IMG/VR virus record: IMGVR_UViG_3300036771_000090
Coordinates: 13,805 to 77,804 of that record
Source of the DNA: a virus
Direction: 5' to 3' (one strand)
DNA length: 64,000 bases
The notes beneath the pieces are model-generated. The model was not told the origin of the DNA, did no database searches, and was given only the letters and a program-made list of their open reading frames with translations. A program made the position numbers and the translations under genes. This document shows, piece by piece, positions 8,313-18,359 of this stretch (positions are counted from its first letter, which is position 1; every line of letters starts with the position of its first letter).

Positions 8313-10109
8313 ATGGGATGGAACCCTTTCGGCCGGGCCCGGCCTCCGGCTGATCCTCCGCGGGAGCCGGAGGCGCTGACCGCAGCGGCCCAGGTGGTCA
8401 GGAAGCCGGAGTCCCAGTACCTCCAGTACACCCAGAACTGGCAGAACGAAGCCTGGGACTTCTACGATTCGTGCGGCGAAGCCAACTACGGGATCACCTG
8501 GCTGGCCAACATGCTGAGCCAGGTCCGCCTCCGTGCCGCCCGGATGGCCCCGGGTCTGGACGAACCGGAGATCCTGTCCACCGGCATCCCGGCGGAGATC
8601 ATCGGCGCACTGGCCGGCGGTGTGGGCGGACAGTCCCAGATCATGCGCTCCCTGGCCACCCAGCTCTCCGTCCCCGGGGACAGCTACCTGGTGGGTGAAC
8701 AGGCCGGAGTGGCGGAGAACTGGACCGTGCGCAGCGTGGACGAAGTCCGCGTCCAGAACCGCAAGTACCAGGTGGTGGCCGACCGAACTCCGACGATTGA
8801 GTGGCGCGACCTTCCGCCGGATTCGGTGCCGGTGCGGATCTGGCGTCCGCACATGCGCTGGAACTCCGTCGCGGATTCCCCGATGCGCTCCGCGCTGCCG
8901 ATCCTGCGAGAGCTGGAACTGGTCAACCGGCACATCACCGCGCAGTACCTGAGCCGGCTGGCTTCGGCCGGCCTGCTTATCCTCCCGGACGAAGTGGACT
9001 TCCCTGTCCGGGAGGAATTCGCGGAGGCGGAAGACCCCTTCGTGGCGGAGTGGATCGAGATCGGCGCACAGGCCATCGCCAACCCGGGTACGGCGTCCGC
9101 GGTGATCCCGATTCCGATCCGCGTTCCCGGTGAGTACGTGGACAAGATCAAGTTTCTGGACTTCACCCTGAAGATCGATGAAAAGATCATCGAAAAGCGG
9201 GACAGCGCGATCAACCGCCTGGCCACCAAGCTGGACATCCCGACCGAAGTCCTGACCGGCATGGGCAAGGTCAACCACTGGACGGCCTGGCAGCTCGATG
9301 AAGGCAGCCTGAAAACCCACATCGCTCCCCTGGTGGAGACCATCTGCTACTCCCTGACCACGGGGTACTACCAGCCGCGCCTGAAGGCCAGCGGCGTGGA
9401 GGATGCAGAGCGGTACGTGGTCTGGTACGACATGTCCGAACTGGCGCTCCGCCCGGACAACTCCACGAACGCGATGGCCGCGTACGACCGGTTCGAGATC
9501 AGCGGGGAGGCGCTGCGGCGGGAGACCGGCTTCGGGGAGGACGACAAGCCGTCGGACGAAGAGCTGCGCGTCATGGCGCTGAAATCGATCATCCGGGAAG
9601 CTCCGGCGTCCGCCAACGCCCCGGAGGCGGTGGACGCGCTGGTGGGTCAGGACGTCCTGTCCACAGCCACCGCGGAGACCGGCTCCCCGGCGTCCACCGG
9701 GACCGGCGGGGGTACTTCTCCGGGCGACCAGAGCACCGCTGGTCCGGGCGGAGCGGCAGACCCCGGCACACCGGGGACGAAGGACGCGCCGGCCGATACC
9801 CCGCCGGTGCGCGCCGGTGCGTACTCCCTGGTCCAGATGAAGGCGCTGCACGCTGTCCGCTTCAGCGTGACGCGACCGGCCCAGCTCTACCATCCGCCGC
9901 TGTGCGCGACGCACGCGTACTCCTGCCCGTTCACCCATGCCGCGCTGGGCCGGAGACTGCCCAACCTCTCCAGCGGGACGTACGAATGCCGTCTGGACCT
10001 GTTCGGGCAGTTGATCGTCGGGCGCCCGGCGCCAGAGATCGACACGTCCGACTGGATTCCGACCATGGGGACACCTGTGGCCCGGCCGAAGGAGCGCATC
10101 CGTGCCTGA
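8313..10109 (+). CDS. Portal protein
   Basis: WQNEAWDFYD, RIWRPH...ADSP, RLASAGLL, NHWTAWQ; position between terminase and head genes. Confidence 0.9.
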   Translation: MGWNPFGRARPPADPPREPEALTAAAQVVRKPESQYLQYTQNWQNEAWDFYDSCGEANYGITWLANMLSQVRLRAARMAPGLDEPEILSTGIPAEIIGALAGGVGGQSQIMRSLATQLSVPGDSYLVGEQAGVAENWTVRSVDEVRVQNRKYQVVADRTPTIEWRDLPPDSVPVRIWRPHMRWNSVADSPMRSALPILRELELVNRHITAQYLSRLASAGLLILPDEVDFPVREEFAEAEDPFVAEWIEIGAQAIANPGTASAVIPIPIRVPGEYVDKIKFLDFTLKIDEKIIEKRDSAINRLATKLDIPTEVLTGMGKVNHWTAWQLDEGSLKTHIAPLVETICYSLTTGYYQPRLKASGVEDAERYVVWYDMSELALRPDNSTNAMAAYDRFEISGEALRRETGFGEDDKPSDEELRVMALKSIIREAPASANAPEAVDALVGQDVLSTATAETGSPASTGTGGGTSPGDQSTAGPGGAADPGTPGTKDAPADTPPVRAGAYSLVQMKALHAVRFSVTRPAQLYHPPLCATHAYSCPFTHAALGRRLPNLSSGTYECRLDLFGQLIVGRPAPEIDTSDWIPTMGTPVARPKERIRA

Positions 10110-13100
10110 CCACCGGCACTTCGTCCCGGCCGCGGTGACCGCGGACGCCGGCGGGGACCACCTGTCCGGCTGCATGATCGCGCTCATGCCCACGGAGGAC
10201 GACGCGCAGCGCCTGGCCGTCGAAGGCGGGGAAGCGGCTGCCGATCTCCACTGCACCCTGTTCTACGTCGGGCCCGACGCTTCGCAGTGGGACGACCACC
10301 AGCGCGCGGAGCTGGTGGACATCCTGCGCAGCATGGTCCAGGAGTCCCCGTTCGGCAGCGCCAACGTACTGACCGCGAACATCTTCGGCGCCGCGCACTG
10401 GAACGCGGGCAGCGACGCTCCTTCCTGGGTGTGGAACGTCGGGGACCTGCCCGGTGACGATCCGGTGGACGATGACGGGGACGGCCTGGACGACTTCCAC
10501 CGGATGGCGGTCGAAGCGCTGGAGTCGGGACATGAACACCCTGATCCGCCTGTCCAGCACACTCCGTGGGTAGCCCATATCTGTGCCCAGTACACCGATG
10601 ATCCCGCGCTCCTGGAGACCATGGAGCAGCGCCTGGGCCCGGTCACCTTCGACCGGCTCCGGATCAGCTTCGGTGACCAGGACACCGACATCCCGCTGAA
10701 TGTGGACCAGGTGCTCACCGCGGCCGGGCCGCTCCGGCGCAAGCCGAAGGAGTTCGAGCAGACCGCCACGGTGGACTTCGCGCTCATGGACGCCTCCTGG
10801 AAGGCGGCCGTGGACAAGGTGTACGTGGCATGGATGGCCGTGCTCAGTGCCCAGCGCGCGGAGCTGTACCGCCAGATCCAGTCCGCTGTGGACGCCGGGC
10901 GCCTGGGGGATCTGGCCACCATGGACGTGAGCACGGAGCAGGCGGTGACCGTGCTCTCCAGCCACATGGCCGCTTTCGCCAGGACGTGCGGGCTCCAGCA
11001 GCAGCACGAAGCCGACCGCCAGGGCGTACACGTCGAATCGTGGTCCCTGTCCGGTGACGCGGTGACCGCCTCCGCCGTAGGCGACTGGATCAGCCGGATC
11101 GGTTCCTTCGCCCGGGTCACCGCCGGAGCACTGGCGTCCCGGCTGGTGTCCGCGGCGTCCCGGCGCTCCGTCGTGCTGGGCCAGACCGACGAACGCGGCA
11201 GCGAAGTGGCGCGCCAGGTGGATACCGACCTGTCCGACCATCCCCAGAGCTACGTCCGGCAGGAGCTGGCCGCAGCCATGACCGCGGCCCAGAATTACGG
11301 CCGTCTCGCCGTGCTCACCGCGGCGCCGCCCGGCCGCTACTACGCGTCGGAGATGCTGGACAAGCAGACGTGCAAGCCGTGCCGGGAGATCGACGGAACC
11401 CAGTTCACCGGCCTGGACGCCGCGGATGCCGCCTACCCGGCCGGCGGCTATGTCGAATGCGCAGGGGGATCATCTTGCCGTGGCACCCTGGTCACGGTCT
11501 GGGACGAAGGAGAGGTGGCTTCCGCCGCTCCGGAGGGAGGTGCCGCCGTGGCGGCAACCGAAGAACTGGGTGGCAAGCCCACCAAGGGGACGAAGAAGGA
11601 CAAGCGGCTGAAGGAGAACGACACCGCGGCCGTGGACGCGGAGCACTTCGGCCCGGTCAGCGGGCCCGTTTCGGACAAGCCCTGGGACGGAGCGGCGTCC
11701 CGCTTCACGGATGAGCAGTACCAGCGCGCCGCAGCGGCGTGCGATTCCGGGGACAGCACGGTCAAGGAGCGGTGCTTCCTTCCGCACCACGAACCGGACG
11801 GCACCGTCAGCAAGGCCGGCGTCCACGCGGCGGCCCAGCGCGTCAGCTCCCTGTCCGGCCACGATCCCGCGGCCGTGGCGAAGGCGAAGGCGCACCTGCG
11901 CTCCCACTACAGCCAGCTTGGTGAAGACGTCCCGGACTCCCTGAAGGCCACCCTGGGGGACGCGGTGGAGCTGGCCATGGCGCCGGTGGAGTCGGTGGAG
12001 AACTTCGACGTGCCCGCGGAAGGCGCCACCGGGACGACCAGCCCGTGGCGCGGACCGCTGGCGGTGGAGAGCAAGGTCACCGGAGACGGCCGGGAGTTCG
12101 CGGCCGGGTCGCTGACCTGGCGGGACCTGCCGCTCCCGCTGCGCTGGAACAAGGAGGACAGCCACGGCGGGGAGCCGCGCACCGTGGCCGTCAACGTCGG
12201 CCGGATCGACAACATCTGGCGTGAGGGTGACCTGATCATGGGGGAAGGGGTGCTGGACCTGAGCACCCCCGACGGCCAGACCGTCTTCAACAAGATCAGC
12301 GGCCAGTTCCTCCGCGGCGTGTCGGTGGATGCCGATTCCATCAAGGACTCCGACGTCGAAGTCATCATGCCGGAGGGGACCGGGGACGACGCGGACGAAG
12401 ACCCGCTGATGGCCCTGTTCGCCATGCCGGAGAAGGTGATCTACCACGCCGGCCGGATCTCCGCGGCCACCCTGTGCGACATCCCCGCGTTCGCGGAAGC
12501 GTACATCGCGCTCCTGGACCAGGACGGAGCCGTCACCGCCGGCGGCATCCCGGCCGGTGTGAGCGGCCATGTCCTGATCCGCGGTGTCCCCCGCCGCACC
12601 ATCGACGGCCTGGTGGCCGCCGGTCCGCTGGCCACCGACGGCTGGACACCCCCGGCGGAGTGGTTCTCCAACCCGCGCCTGTCCCTGCCCACCGGCATCA
12701 CCGTCACCGACGACGGCCGGGTGTACGGCCACGCGGCCACCTGGGGGAGCTGTCACATCGGGCAGGCGGACGTCTGTGTCCAGCCGCCCCGGGAGGAGAA
12801 CCACCCGTACTACATGACCGGAGAGGTGAAGACCCGGGAAGGCGGCCGGGTCTCCGTCGGCCAGATCACCGTGGGGACCGGCCACGCGCCGCTCAACGCC
12901 GGGGCGGTCCCCGCGACCGAGCACTACGACCACACTGGCCACGCGGTGGCGGACGTCGCGGTGGGCAACGACGATCACGGGATCTGGGTGGCCGGCGCGA
13001 TCCGGCCCGGTGCGGACCCGGAGCTGGTCCACGCGCTCCGCGCCGCCGGCCAGGTCTCCGGGGACTGGCGCCGGATCGGCAGCCAGCTCCGGCTGGTCGG

Positions 13101-13314
13101 CCTCCTGGCCGTCAACGTCCCCGGCTTCCCGGTGCCGAAGATGGCCACCCGGATCACCGCCTCCGGCGCGGAAGGCGCCAACGTCCAGATGGCTCTGGTG
13201 GCCGCCGGCCGGCCGGCCTTCGCCCACGGTCTCAGCGACGAAGAGACCACCCAGGCAGCGTTCCGTATCGTCATGGACGCGCTGTTCCACCGCGTGCACA
13301 GGGGAGGTGAATGA
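10102..13314 (+). CDS. Multidomain head protein: 2H-phosphoesterase + MuF-like + capsid maturation protease
   Basis: HCTL and AHIC 2H motifs; CKPC...CRG MuF-like; TGDGREF, VGRID, GVSVDAD, SGDWR protease-like. Confidence 0.8.
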   Translation: MPDHRHFVPAAVTADAGGDHLSGCMIALMPTEDDAQRLAVEGGEAAADLHCTLFYVGPDASQWDDHQRAELVDILRSMVQESPFGSANVLTANIFGAAHWNAGSDAPSWVWNVGDLPGDDPVDDDGDGLDDFHRMAVEALESGHEHPDPPVQHTPWVAHICAQYTDDPALLETMEQRLGPVTFDRLRISFGDQDTDIPLNVDQVLTAAGPLRRKPKEFEQTATVDFALMDASWKAAVDKVYVAWMAVLSAQRAELYRQIQSAVDAGRLGDLATMDVSTEQAVTVLSSHMAAFARTCGLQQQHEADRQGVHVESWSLSGDAVTASAVGDWISRIGSFARVTAGALASRLVSAASRRSVVLGQTDERGSEVARQVDTDLSDHPQSYVRQELAAAMTAAQNYGRLAVLTAAPPGRYYASEMLDKQTCKPCREIDGTQFTGLDAADAAYPAGGYVECAGGSSCRGTLVTVWDEGEVASAAPEGGAAVAATEELGGKPTKGTKKDKRLKENDTAAVDAEHFGPVSGPVSDKPWDGAASRFTDEQYQRAAAACDSGDSTVKERCFLPHHEPDGTVSKAGVHAAAQRVSSLSGHDPAAVAKAKAHLRSHYSQLGEDVPDSLKATLGDAVELAMAPVESVENFDVPAEGATGTTSPWRGPLAVESKVTGDGREFAAGSLTWRDLPLPLRWNKEDSHGGEPRTVAVNVGRIDNIWREGDLIMGEGVLDLSTPDGQTVFNKISGQFLRGVSVDADSIKDSDVEVIMPEGTGDDADEDPLMALFAMPEKVIYHAGRISAATLCDIPAFAEAYIALLDQDGAVTAGGIPAGVSGHVLIRGVPRRTIDGLVAAGPLATDGWTPPAEWFSNPRLSLPTGITVTDDGRVYGHAATWGSCHIGQADVCVQPPREENHPYYMTGEVKTREGGRVSVGQITVGTGHAPLNAGAVPATEHYDHTGHAVADVAVGNDDHGIWVAGAIRPGADPELVHALRAAGQVSGDWRRIGSQLRLVGLLAVNVPGFPVPKMATRITASGAEGANVQMALVAAGRPAFAHGLSDEETTQAAFRIVMDALFHRVHRGGE

Positions 13315-13428
13315 CCGTGTTCCACCGGTCGCGGTATTCTCAGAACGGTGTCCCGTTCCGCTGTTCCTGGTGGCAGATCGGGGACCGCATCTTCCGGTAC
13401 CGGGAACTCCCTGGGAGGTGAACCCCTG

Positions 13429-13482
13429 ATGTGCGGATGCAACCAGCCCGCTCCCCCGCCCCCGCCGGCCCCCGGCCAGTGA
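13429..13482 (+). CDS. 17-aa micropeptide MCGCNQPAPPPPPAPGQ
   Basis: Strong GGGAGGTGA RBS, followed by a terminator. Confidence 0.55.
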   Translation: MCGCNQPAPPPPPAPGQ

Positions 13483-13486
13483 GACC

Positions 13487-13520
13487 CGGAACCCCCGCCC
13501 CCGCCCGGCGGGGGTTCCGC
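13487..13520. terminator. Bidirectional hairpin between convergent genes
   Basis: CGGAACCCCCGCC...GGCGGGGGTTCCG. Confidence 0.65.
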
Positions 13521-13523
13521 CGT

Positions 13524-13964
13524 TCACGGGGTCCGGTTCAGCAGCTCCTTCAGGTCGTCCATGTCGTTGCTGGCCTTCAGGGAGTCGGTCAGGAAACGGT
13601 CCGAACCGGAGTCGATGTCCCCGGCCACGGTCAGCGCGTCCGTCATCACCCGGTCGTACCCCGTGTCGATGTCCGGGTGGCCGGCCGGCGCCGGGACCAG
13701 CAAGCCGGCTTTCGCGGCGCTGCGCAGCTCCGCTACCTCCGGCCGGCCGTGCAGTACCGCTCCCGACGCGGATGCGTCACCCAGCGATGTGTACGCGGCG
13801 GACAGTGCGTCCACCGGGATGAAGGCTTCGGTGTACCAGCTCTCCAGGGACTGCATGGAGGCGGACGGAGCTGCGGACCGGTCCGGAGTGCTGCCGGAAG
13901 ATCCCCCGCATCCGGCCAGTACGGCGGCCAGCAGAGGAACGGCCAGGAATTGCATGGATCGCAT
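13524..13964 (-). CDS. Lipoprotein (moron in the head module)
   Basis: LLAAVLAGC lipobox; GAAAGGA RBS; antisense to the structural operon. Confidence 0.75.
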   Translation of the reverse strand: MRSMQFLAVPLLAAVLAGCGGSSGSTPDRSAAPSASMQSLESWYTEAFIPVDALSAAYTSLGDASASGAVLHGRPEVAELRSAAKAGLLVPAPAGHPDIDTGYDRVMTDALTVAGDIDSGSDRFLTDSLKASNDMDDLKELLNRTP

Positions 13965-14085
13965 GGACTAATCCTTTCCTTTTACCGGTCCACAATAGTC
14001 TCTGACCTTTGGAAATGCGGTTATCCGGCTGCTACCTTGACGGCAAACATCATCCCGCCTTCGCCTCTCAGCCGGAGGAACTGCC

Positions 14086-15879
14086 GTGCCCGAACAGCTC
14101 GAAACCCACACTCTCTACCCCGCCCCGGCTGATCTGACCACGATCCCCGACGCGGAACTGTCCGAAATGGAGACCGTGTTCACCGCGGAGTTCGACCGCG
14201 TGTACGGCCTCCAGGACTACACCGAAGACCATGTTCAGTACGGCCTGGGACTCCGGGAGAACCTGGACCGGGTCAAGTCGGAGCTGGCCGCGCGTGACGT
14301 CCGCGCCAAGAGTGCGGCGGCTGCGGCCAAGCTGAAGGCGGACCGCCAGATGGCGGAGCTGAAGGGCGCGATCCACGGACCGGCCGAAGGAACCCCGGAG
14401 GCTGCTCAGGTAGCCGTCGTGGACCAGGAGAAGGCCAACGCCCGGCTGGCCGAAGTCGTGGCCGCCGCGGTGACCGAAGGCTTCGTGGGACTGCTCGGTG
14501 GCGAAGCCGGCAAGGAGATCGTGAAGGGCGCGCGTGGCGGGGCCGTCGTGGCGTCGCTCGGTGCCACCGCCCGGCTGGCCCCGAAGCCGCCGGCCGGCGT
14601 CCAGCAGCGGCTGGCCATCACCGCGTCCGGTTCCGGCCAGGAGCTGCCGAACCTGGCGGCGCTGGCCGCGGAGTTCACCCGGATGGCCAACGGCATCCCG
14701 ATCTCCCGGAGCGGCAAGAACGCCCCCCAGCACCCCGTGGCCCGTATCCGGAACGAGTTCGCGCACACCGTGGACGACCGGATGCGCCCGGCGGAGATCG
14801 AAGAGATCTGGCGGGAGATGGTCAACCGCGACAGCTCCGACGCGCTGGTGGCCGGCGGTGGCTGGTGCGCCCCGTCAGAGATCATGTACAACTTCTTCAA
14901 CATCGCGGACATGGACGGAGCGGTGGACCTGCCGACCGTCGGTGTCACCCGTGGTGGCATCCGGTACCCGGTCTCCCCCGCCATCGGGGACGTGTTCTTC
15001 CAGAACGCGGGCAGCAACCCGGCGTCCGGCTTCGGCTCCTTCGCCTTCCCGTTCAGCAACGCCTCCGACCCGTGGCTGTGGACGGAGACGGACGACATCT
15101 CCACCGTCACCGGCTCCGTGAACAAGCCGACCCTGCGCGTTCCCTGTGCCAGCTTCGGGGAGCAGCGGCTGGAGGCGTACGGCCTCACGGTCACCGCGGG
15201 CAACCTGACCGACAGCGCCTGGCCCGAAGCCACCCAGAACTTCATCCGGCTCCTGCGGATGGCCTACGCGCACGCGATCAACGCCCGGCTGCTGTCCCTC
15301 ATGGACACCGCCTCCGGCGGCGCGACGACCATCGGCGCCATCACCACCGACCCCGCCGCACCGCGCATCATGAACGCGGTGGAGCTGGCGGCCGTGGACT
15401 ACCGGGCGAAGTACGCCATGAACACGGACGCGGTGCTGGAAGTCGTCCTGCCGTACTGGGTCAAGAGCGTCATCCGTTCCGACCTGGCGTACAAGACGGG
15501 CATCGACTCCACGGAGCTGCTGGCCGTCATCGACAGCCAGATCAATGCGTTCTTCACCGCGCGCAAGGTCCGCGTCCAGTGGGTCAACGACTACCAGGTG
15601 CGCGGAGCCAACCAGCCCGGCTCCAGCTCCAACCTGACCACCTGGCCGACCACCGTCAACTTCATGGTGTACGCGGCCGGCACCTTCCTCCACGGCACCG
15701 GGCTCCAGCTCGACCTGGGAGTGGTCCGGGACTCCGTGCTCAACGCGGAGAACGACTTCACCGCGGCATGGGCCGAAGAGGCGCACCTGATCGCCATGGT
15801 GGGCCACGCCAGCCGGAAGTACACCGTGGCCTTCCAGGTCAACGGCGCCAGCGGTGGCGGCACCACGGCACGCGTCTGA
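14086..15879 (+). CDS. Major capsid protein with N-terminal scaffold-like extension
   Basis: ALVAGGGWCAPSE, DLPTVGVTRGGI, LDLGVVRDSVLNAENDF motifs of actinophage MCPs. Confidence 0.9.
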   Translation: MPEQLETHTLYPAPADLTTIPDAELSEMETVFTAEFDRVYGLQDYTEDHVQYGLGLRENLDRVKSELAARDVRAKSAAAAAKLKADRQMAELKGAIHGPAEGTPEAAQVAVVDQEKANARLAEVVAAAVTEGFVGLLGGEAGKEIVKGARGGAVVASLGATARLAPKPPAGVQQRLAITASGSGQELPNLAALAAEFTRMANGIPISRSGKNAPQHPVARIRNEFAHTVDDRMRPAEIEEIWREMVNRDSSDALVAGGGWCAPSEIMYNFFNIADMDGAVDLPTVGVTRGGIRYPVSPAIGDVFFQNAGSNPASGFGSFAFPFSNASDPWLWTETDDISTVTGSVNKPTLRVPCASFGEQRLEAYGLTVTAGNLTDSAWPEATQNFIRLLRMAYAHAINARLLSLMDTASGGATTIGAITTDPAAPRIMNAVELAAVDYRAKYAMNTDAVLEVVLPYWVKSVIRSDLAYKTGIDSTELLAVIDSQINAFFTARKVRVQWVNDYQVRGANQPGSSSNLTTWPTTVNFMVYAAGTFLHGTGLQLDLGVVRDSVLNAENDFTAAWAEEAHLIAMVGHASRKYTVAFQVNGASGGGTTARV

Positions 15880-15917
15880 TCCCGTCCGTTCCAGCTCACA
15901 CAGAGAGGCGGTGAACG

Positions 15918-16850
15918 ATGCCCGGTATGCGTCAGATCGTTGACGGTCCCGGCTTCACGCCGCTCCCGTACGGGCTCTGGGACGCGATCCAGCACCCCAC
16001 TCCGACCGATTCGCACTGGCAGAACGGTGTGACCTGGTCGGAGTGGTGCGGTGGCGGTGGCACCGTCTATGACGAATGCATCGCGGTCACCGGTACCGGG
16101 GGCGCTCCGACAGCCCAGGGCTCCATGTCCGGGAACATCACCCAGAACAACCGCGGCGCCACCGCTTTCACGGTGTACGCGGAGTTCGACTGCTCCGCTA
16201 TCGGCAGCGTCGGAGACGCCATGAAGGTGGCCACCGACGCACTGGACCGGGTGGCGCCCTGGCAGGTGGAGACGGCCTTCTGGACGGGCAAGGCCGGCGC
16301 CACCACCAACGGGACGGCCCAGACCACGGTTTTCCCCCACCTGGCCGCGAACACCCAGTACACCGAACCGGGCACTCCCGGAACCACGATCGTGATGCAG
16401 CCGGCCGCCTCCGTCGTGGCCACCGGCACCGGCGACGACGCGGCCGTCACCATGGGCCAGCTTGAAGGCGCCCTGGCCGACTGCTACCACGGCCAGGGGC
16501 TCATCCACGTGGCCTTCGAAGCCCTGGCCACCCTGAAGGCGTTCAAGCTGGTCCGTCACGATCCGGACGACCCGGCCGCGCTCTACAGCCCGGCCGGCCA
16601 TCAGATCGTGGTCGGCTCCGGCTACCCCGGCACCGGCCCCGACGGAGCAGGCGCCCCGGCCGGGACGTCCTGGATCTACGGCACCGGCGCCATGTTCGGG
16701 TACAAGGGGCCCGTCCAGACGCCGCGCCAGCTCTATCAGTCCTTCGACCGTGCGGAGAACACCGTACGGATGATCTCCCAGCAGACCTATCTTCTCGGCT
16801 GGGACTGCTGCCTGTTCGCTGCCCGGCTCAATCTCGGCGTAGCCCAGTGA
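15918..16850 (+). CDS. Minor capsid/decoration protein
   Basis: PYGL, HWQNGV, FTVYA, LEGALA motifs; immediately after MCP. Confidence 0.7.
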   Translation: MPGMRQIVDGPGFTPLPYGLWDAIQHPTPTDSHWQNGVTWSEWCGGGGTVYDECIAVTGTGGAPTAQGSMSGNITQNNRGATAFTVYAEFDCSAIGSVGDAMKVATDALDRVAPWQVETAFWTGKAGATTNGTAQTTVFPHLAANTQYTEPGTPGTTIVMQPAASVVATGTGDDAAVTMGQLEGALADCYHGQGLIHVAFEALATLKAFKLVRHDPDDPAALYSPAGHQIVVGSGYPGTGPDGAGAPAGTSWIYGTGAMFGYKGPVQTPRQLYQSFDRAENTVRMISQQTYLLGWDCCLFAARLNLGVAQ

Positions 16851-16864
16851 GGAGTTGAGAATCC

Positions 16865-17569
16865 ATGGCCACCACATCGAACTGTTTCACTCCGATCAAG
16901 GGCACCACGTACCGCATGGTCAAGCTGGACGCGTGCGGGAACCCCGTGACCGGAACCGGGTCCGTCCAGGTCATCAGCAAGGGGTTCGTCCAGGTCCAGC
17001 AGGAGCCCCAGTACGAAGACGGCACGGAGTTCTTCGAGCGCACCGCGGACGGATCGGTCTGTGTCAACCAGAAGGACGATCCGGTCCTGAAGCGGATGCA
17101 GCTCACGATCGACTTCTGCGAGATCAACGTGACCGGCGCCTCCTGGATGATGAGCGCCCGGGAGCTGGTCGTCACGAACACCGGCTACGGCTTCGCGGTG
17201 GCGGAAGGCGTTCCGTCCAACCGCTTCAGCCTGGAGGTGTGGCAGCAAGTGGCCGGCTCCGGCGCGTGCGACCCGACGGGGGCCCAGCGGTACATCTACC
17301 ACGCGTGGCCGAACTGCGGTGCCGCCAAGATCGGAAACTACACCGTGGAGAACGCGAAGGGCACGCTCCAGATCATGTGCGAGACGCGCGCCGGATCGAG
17401 CACTCCCACGATCGGCTGGAACGACGGCCCGGGATCGGGTACGTCCTGGCTGCCCACCGGCGCCGCGAACGCGGTCGGAGGCGGCACCGGAGCGCTGGAC
17501 CACTGGATGCTGGCGCTCACCACCACCGTTCCGCCCACCGCGGCCTGTTCTCCGGTCTCTCTGACGTGA
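16865..17569 (+). CDS. Major tail tube protein
   Basis: KLDACG, SKGFVQV, ADGSVCV, FSLEVW. Confidence 0.85.
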   Translation: MATTSNCFTPIKGTTYRMVKLDACGNPVTGTGSVQVISKGFVQVQQEPQYEDGTEFFERTADGSVCVNQKDDPVLKRMQLTIDFCEINVTGASWMMSARELVVTNTGYGFAVAEGVPSNRFSLEVWQQVAGSGACDPTGAQRYIYHAWPNCGAAKIGNYTVENAKGTLQIMCETRAGSSTPTIGWNDGPGSGTSWLPTGAANAVGGGTGALDHWMLALTTTVPPTAACSPVSLT

Positions 17570-17874
17570 TCCCCCTCCTGGCCCAGCCGGAGCAGCGGTG
17601 GAGCTGTCCGAACTGCCCCGTGACCGCGGTCACCCGGGGCGAACCGAACCGCTTCCACCGCTGCTCCGGGCTGGCCGGGCTCCTGGTCCAGATGGTCCCG
17701 GCTGGCGTGAAAGCCAAGATCGAAGCGGTGGAACGGGAAGACTGGATCGGCACCGAAGATGTCCAGTACGACGGCAACGGACGGCCGGTCATGGCCACCG
17801 TCACCACCCGGGACGACGGCAACGACGTCACCGTCTACGCACCGACAGCGCACGTAAGGGGGCTCCTCCAGTGA
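17566..17874 (+). CDS. Hypothetical Cys/His protein
   Basis: WSCPNC...RFHRC...RDDGNDVTVYAP; GTGA coupling. Confidence 0.65.
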   Translation: MIPLLAQPEQRWSCPNCPVTAVTRGEPNRFHRCSGLAGLLVQMVPAGVKAKIEAVEREDWIGTEDVQYDGNGRPVMATVTTRDDGNDVTVYAPTAHVRGLLQ

Positions 17875-18350
17875 CGTGGAGCGGCAGCGGCATCTTCAGG
17901 GAGTGGCCCAGCCAGGTCTTCCAGGTCTCCGGCACGTCGTACACCGGCCTGGACAGCGACACGGTGAAAGCCGCGCTCTTCAACAACACCGGCACGCCGG
18001 ACAAGGACGCCGCGGTGGCGTCCACCGGCTACAACACCGGCCAGTGGGTCACGGCCAACGAAGTCACCGGCGCGTCGGAGTGGGTGGCCGCCGGCCGGGC
18101 GCTGGCGTCCAAGACGTTCACTACCCCCAGCTCCGGCGTCTTCATGTTCGACGCCGCGGACCTCACCGGGTCCGCGTCGGTGACCATGTCCGGCATCCAG
18201 GGCTGCCTGGTCTATGACGACACGATCAGCGGCGGCACCGTGGCCAAGCAGGGTGTGAGCTTCAACTACTTCGGTGGTGCCCAGTCGGTCACGTCCGGCA
18301 CGTTCTCCGTGGCCTGGAACGCCAACGGGGTTCTGCGCTTCACGGTCTGA
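17871..18350 (+). CDS. Virion structural protein
   Basis: DSDTVKAALF, NEVTG, FDAAD, SGTFSVAWNANG. Confidence 0.7.
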   Translation: MTWSGSGIFREWPSQVFQVSGTSYTGLDSDTVKAALFNNTGTPDKDAAVASTGYNTGQWVTANEVTGASEWVAAGRALASKTFTTPSSGVFMFDAADLTGSASVTMSGIQGCLVYDDTISGGTVAKQGVSFNYFGGAQSVTSGTFSVAWNANGVLRFTV

Positions 18351-18359
18351 GTCCCGGCC

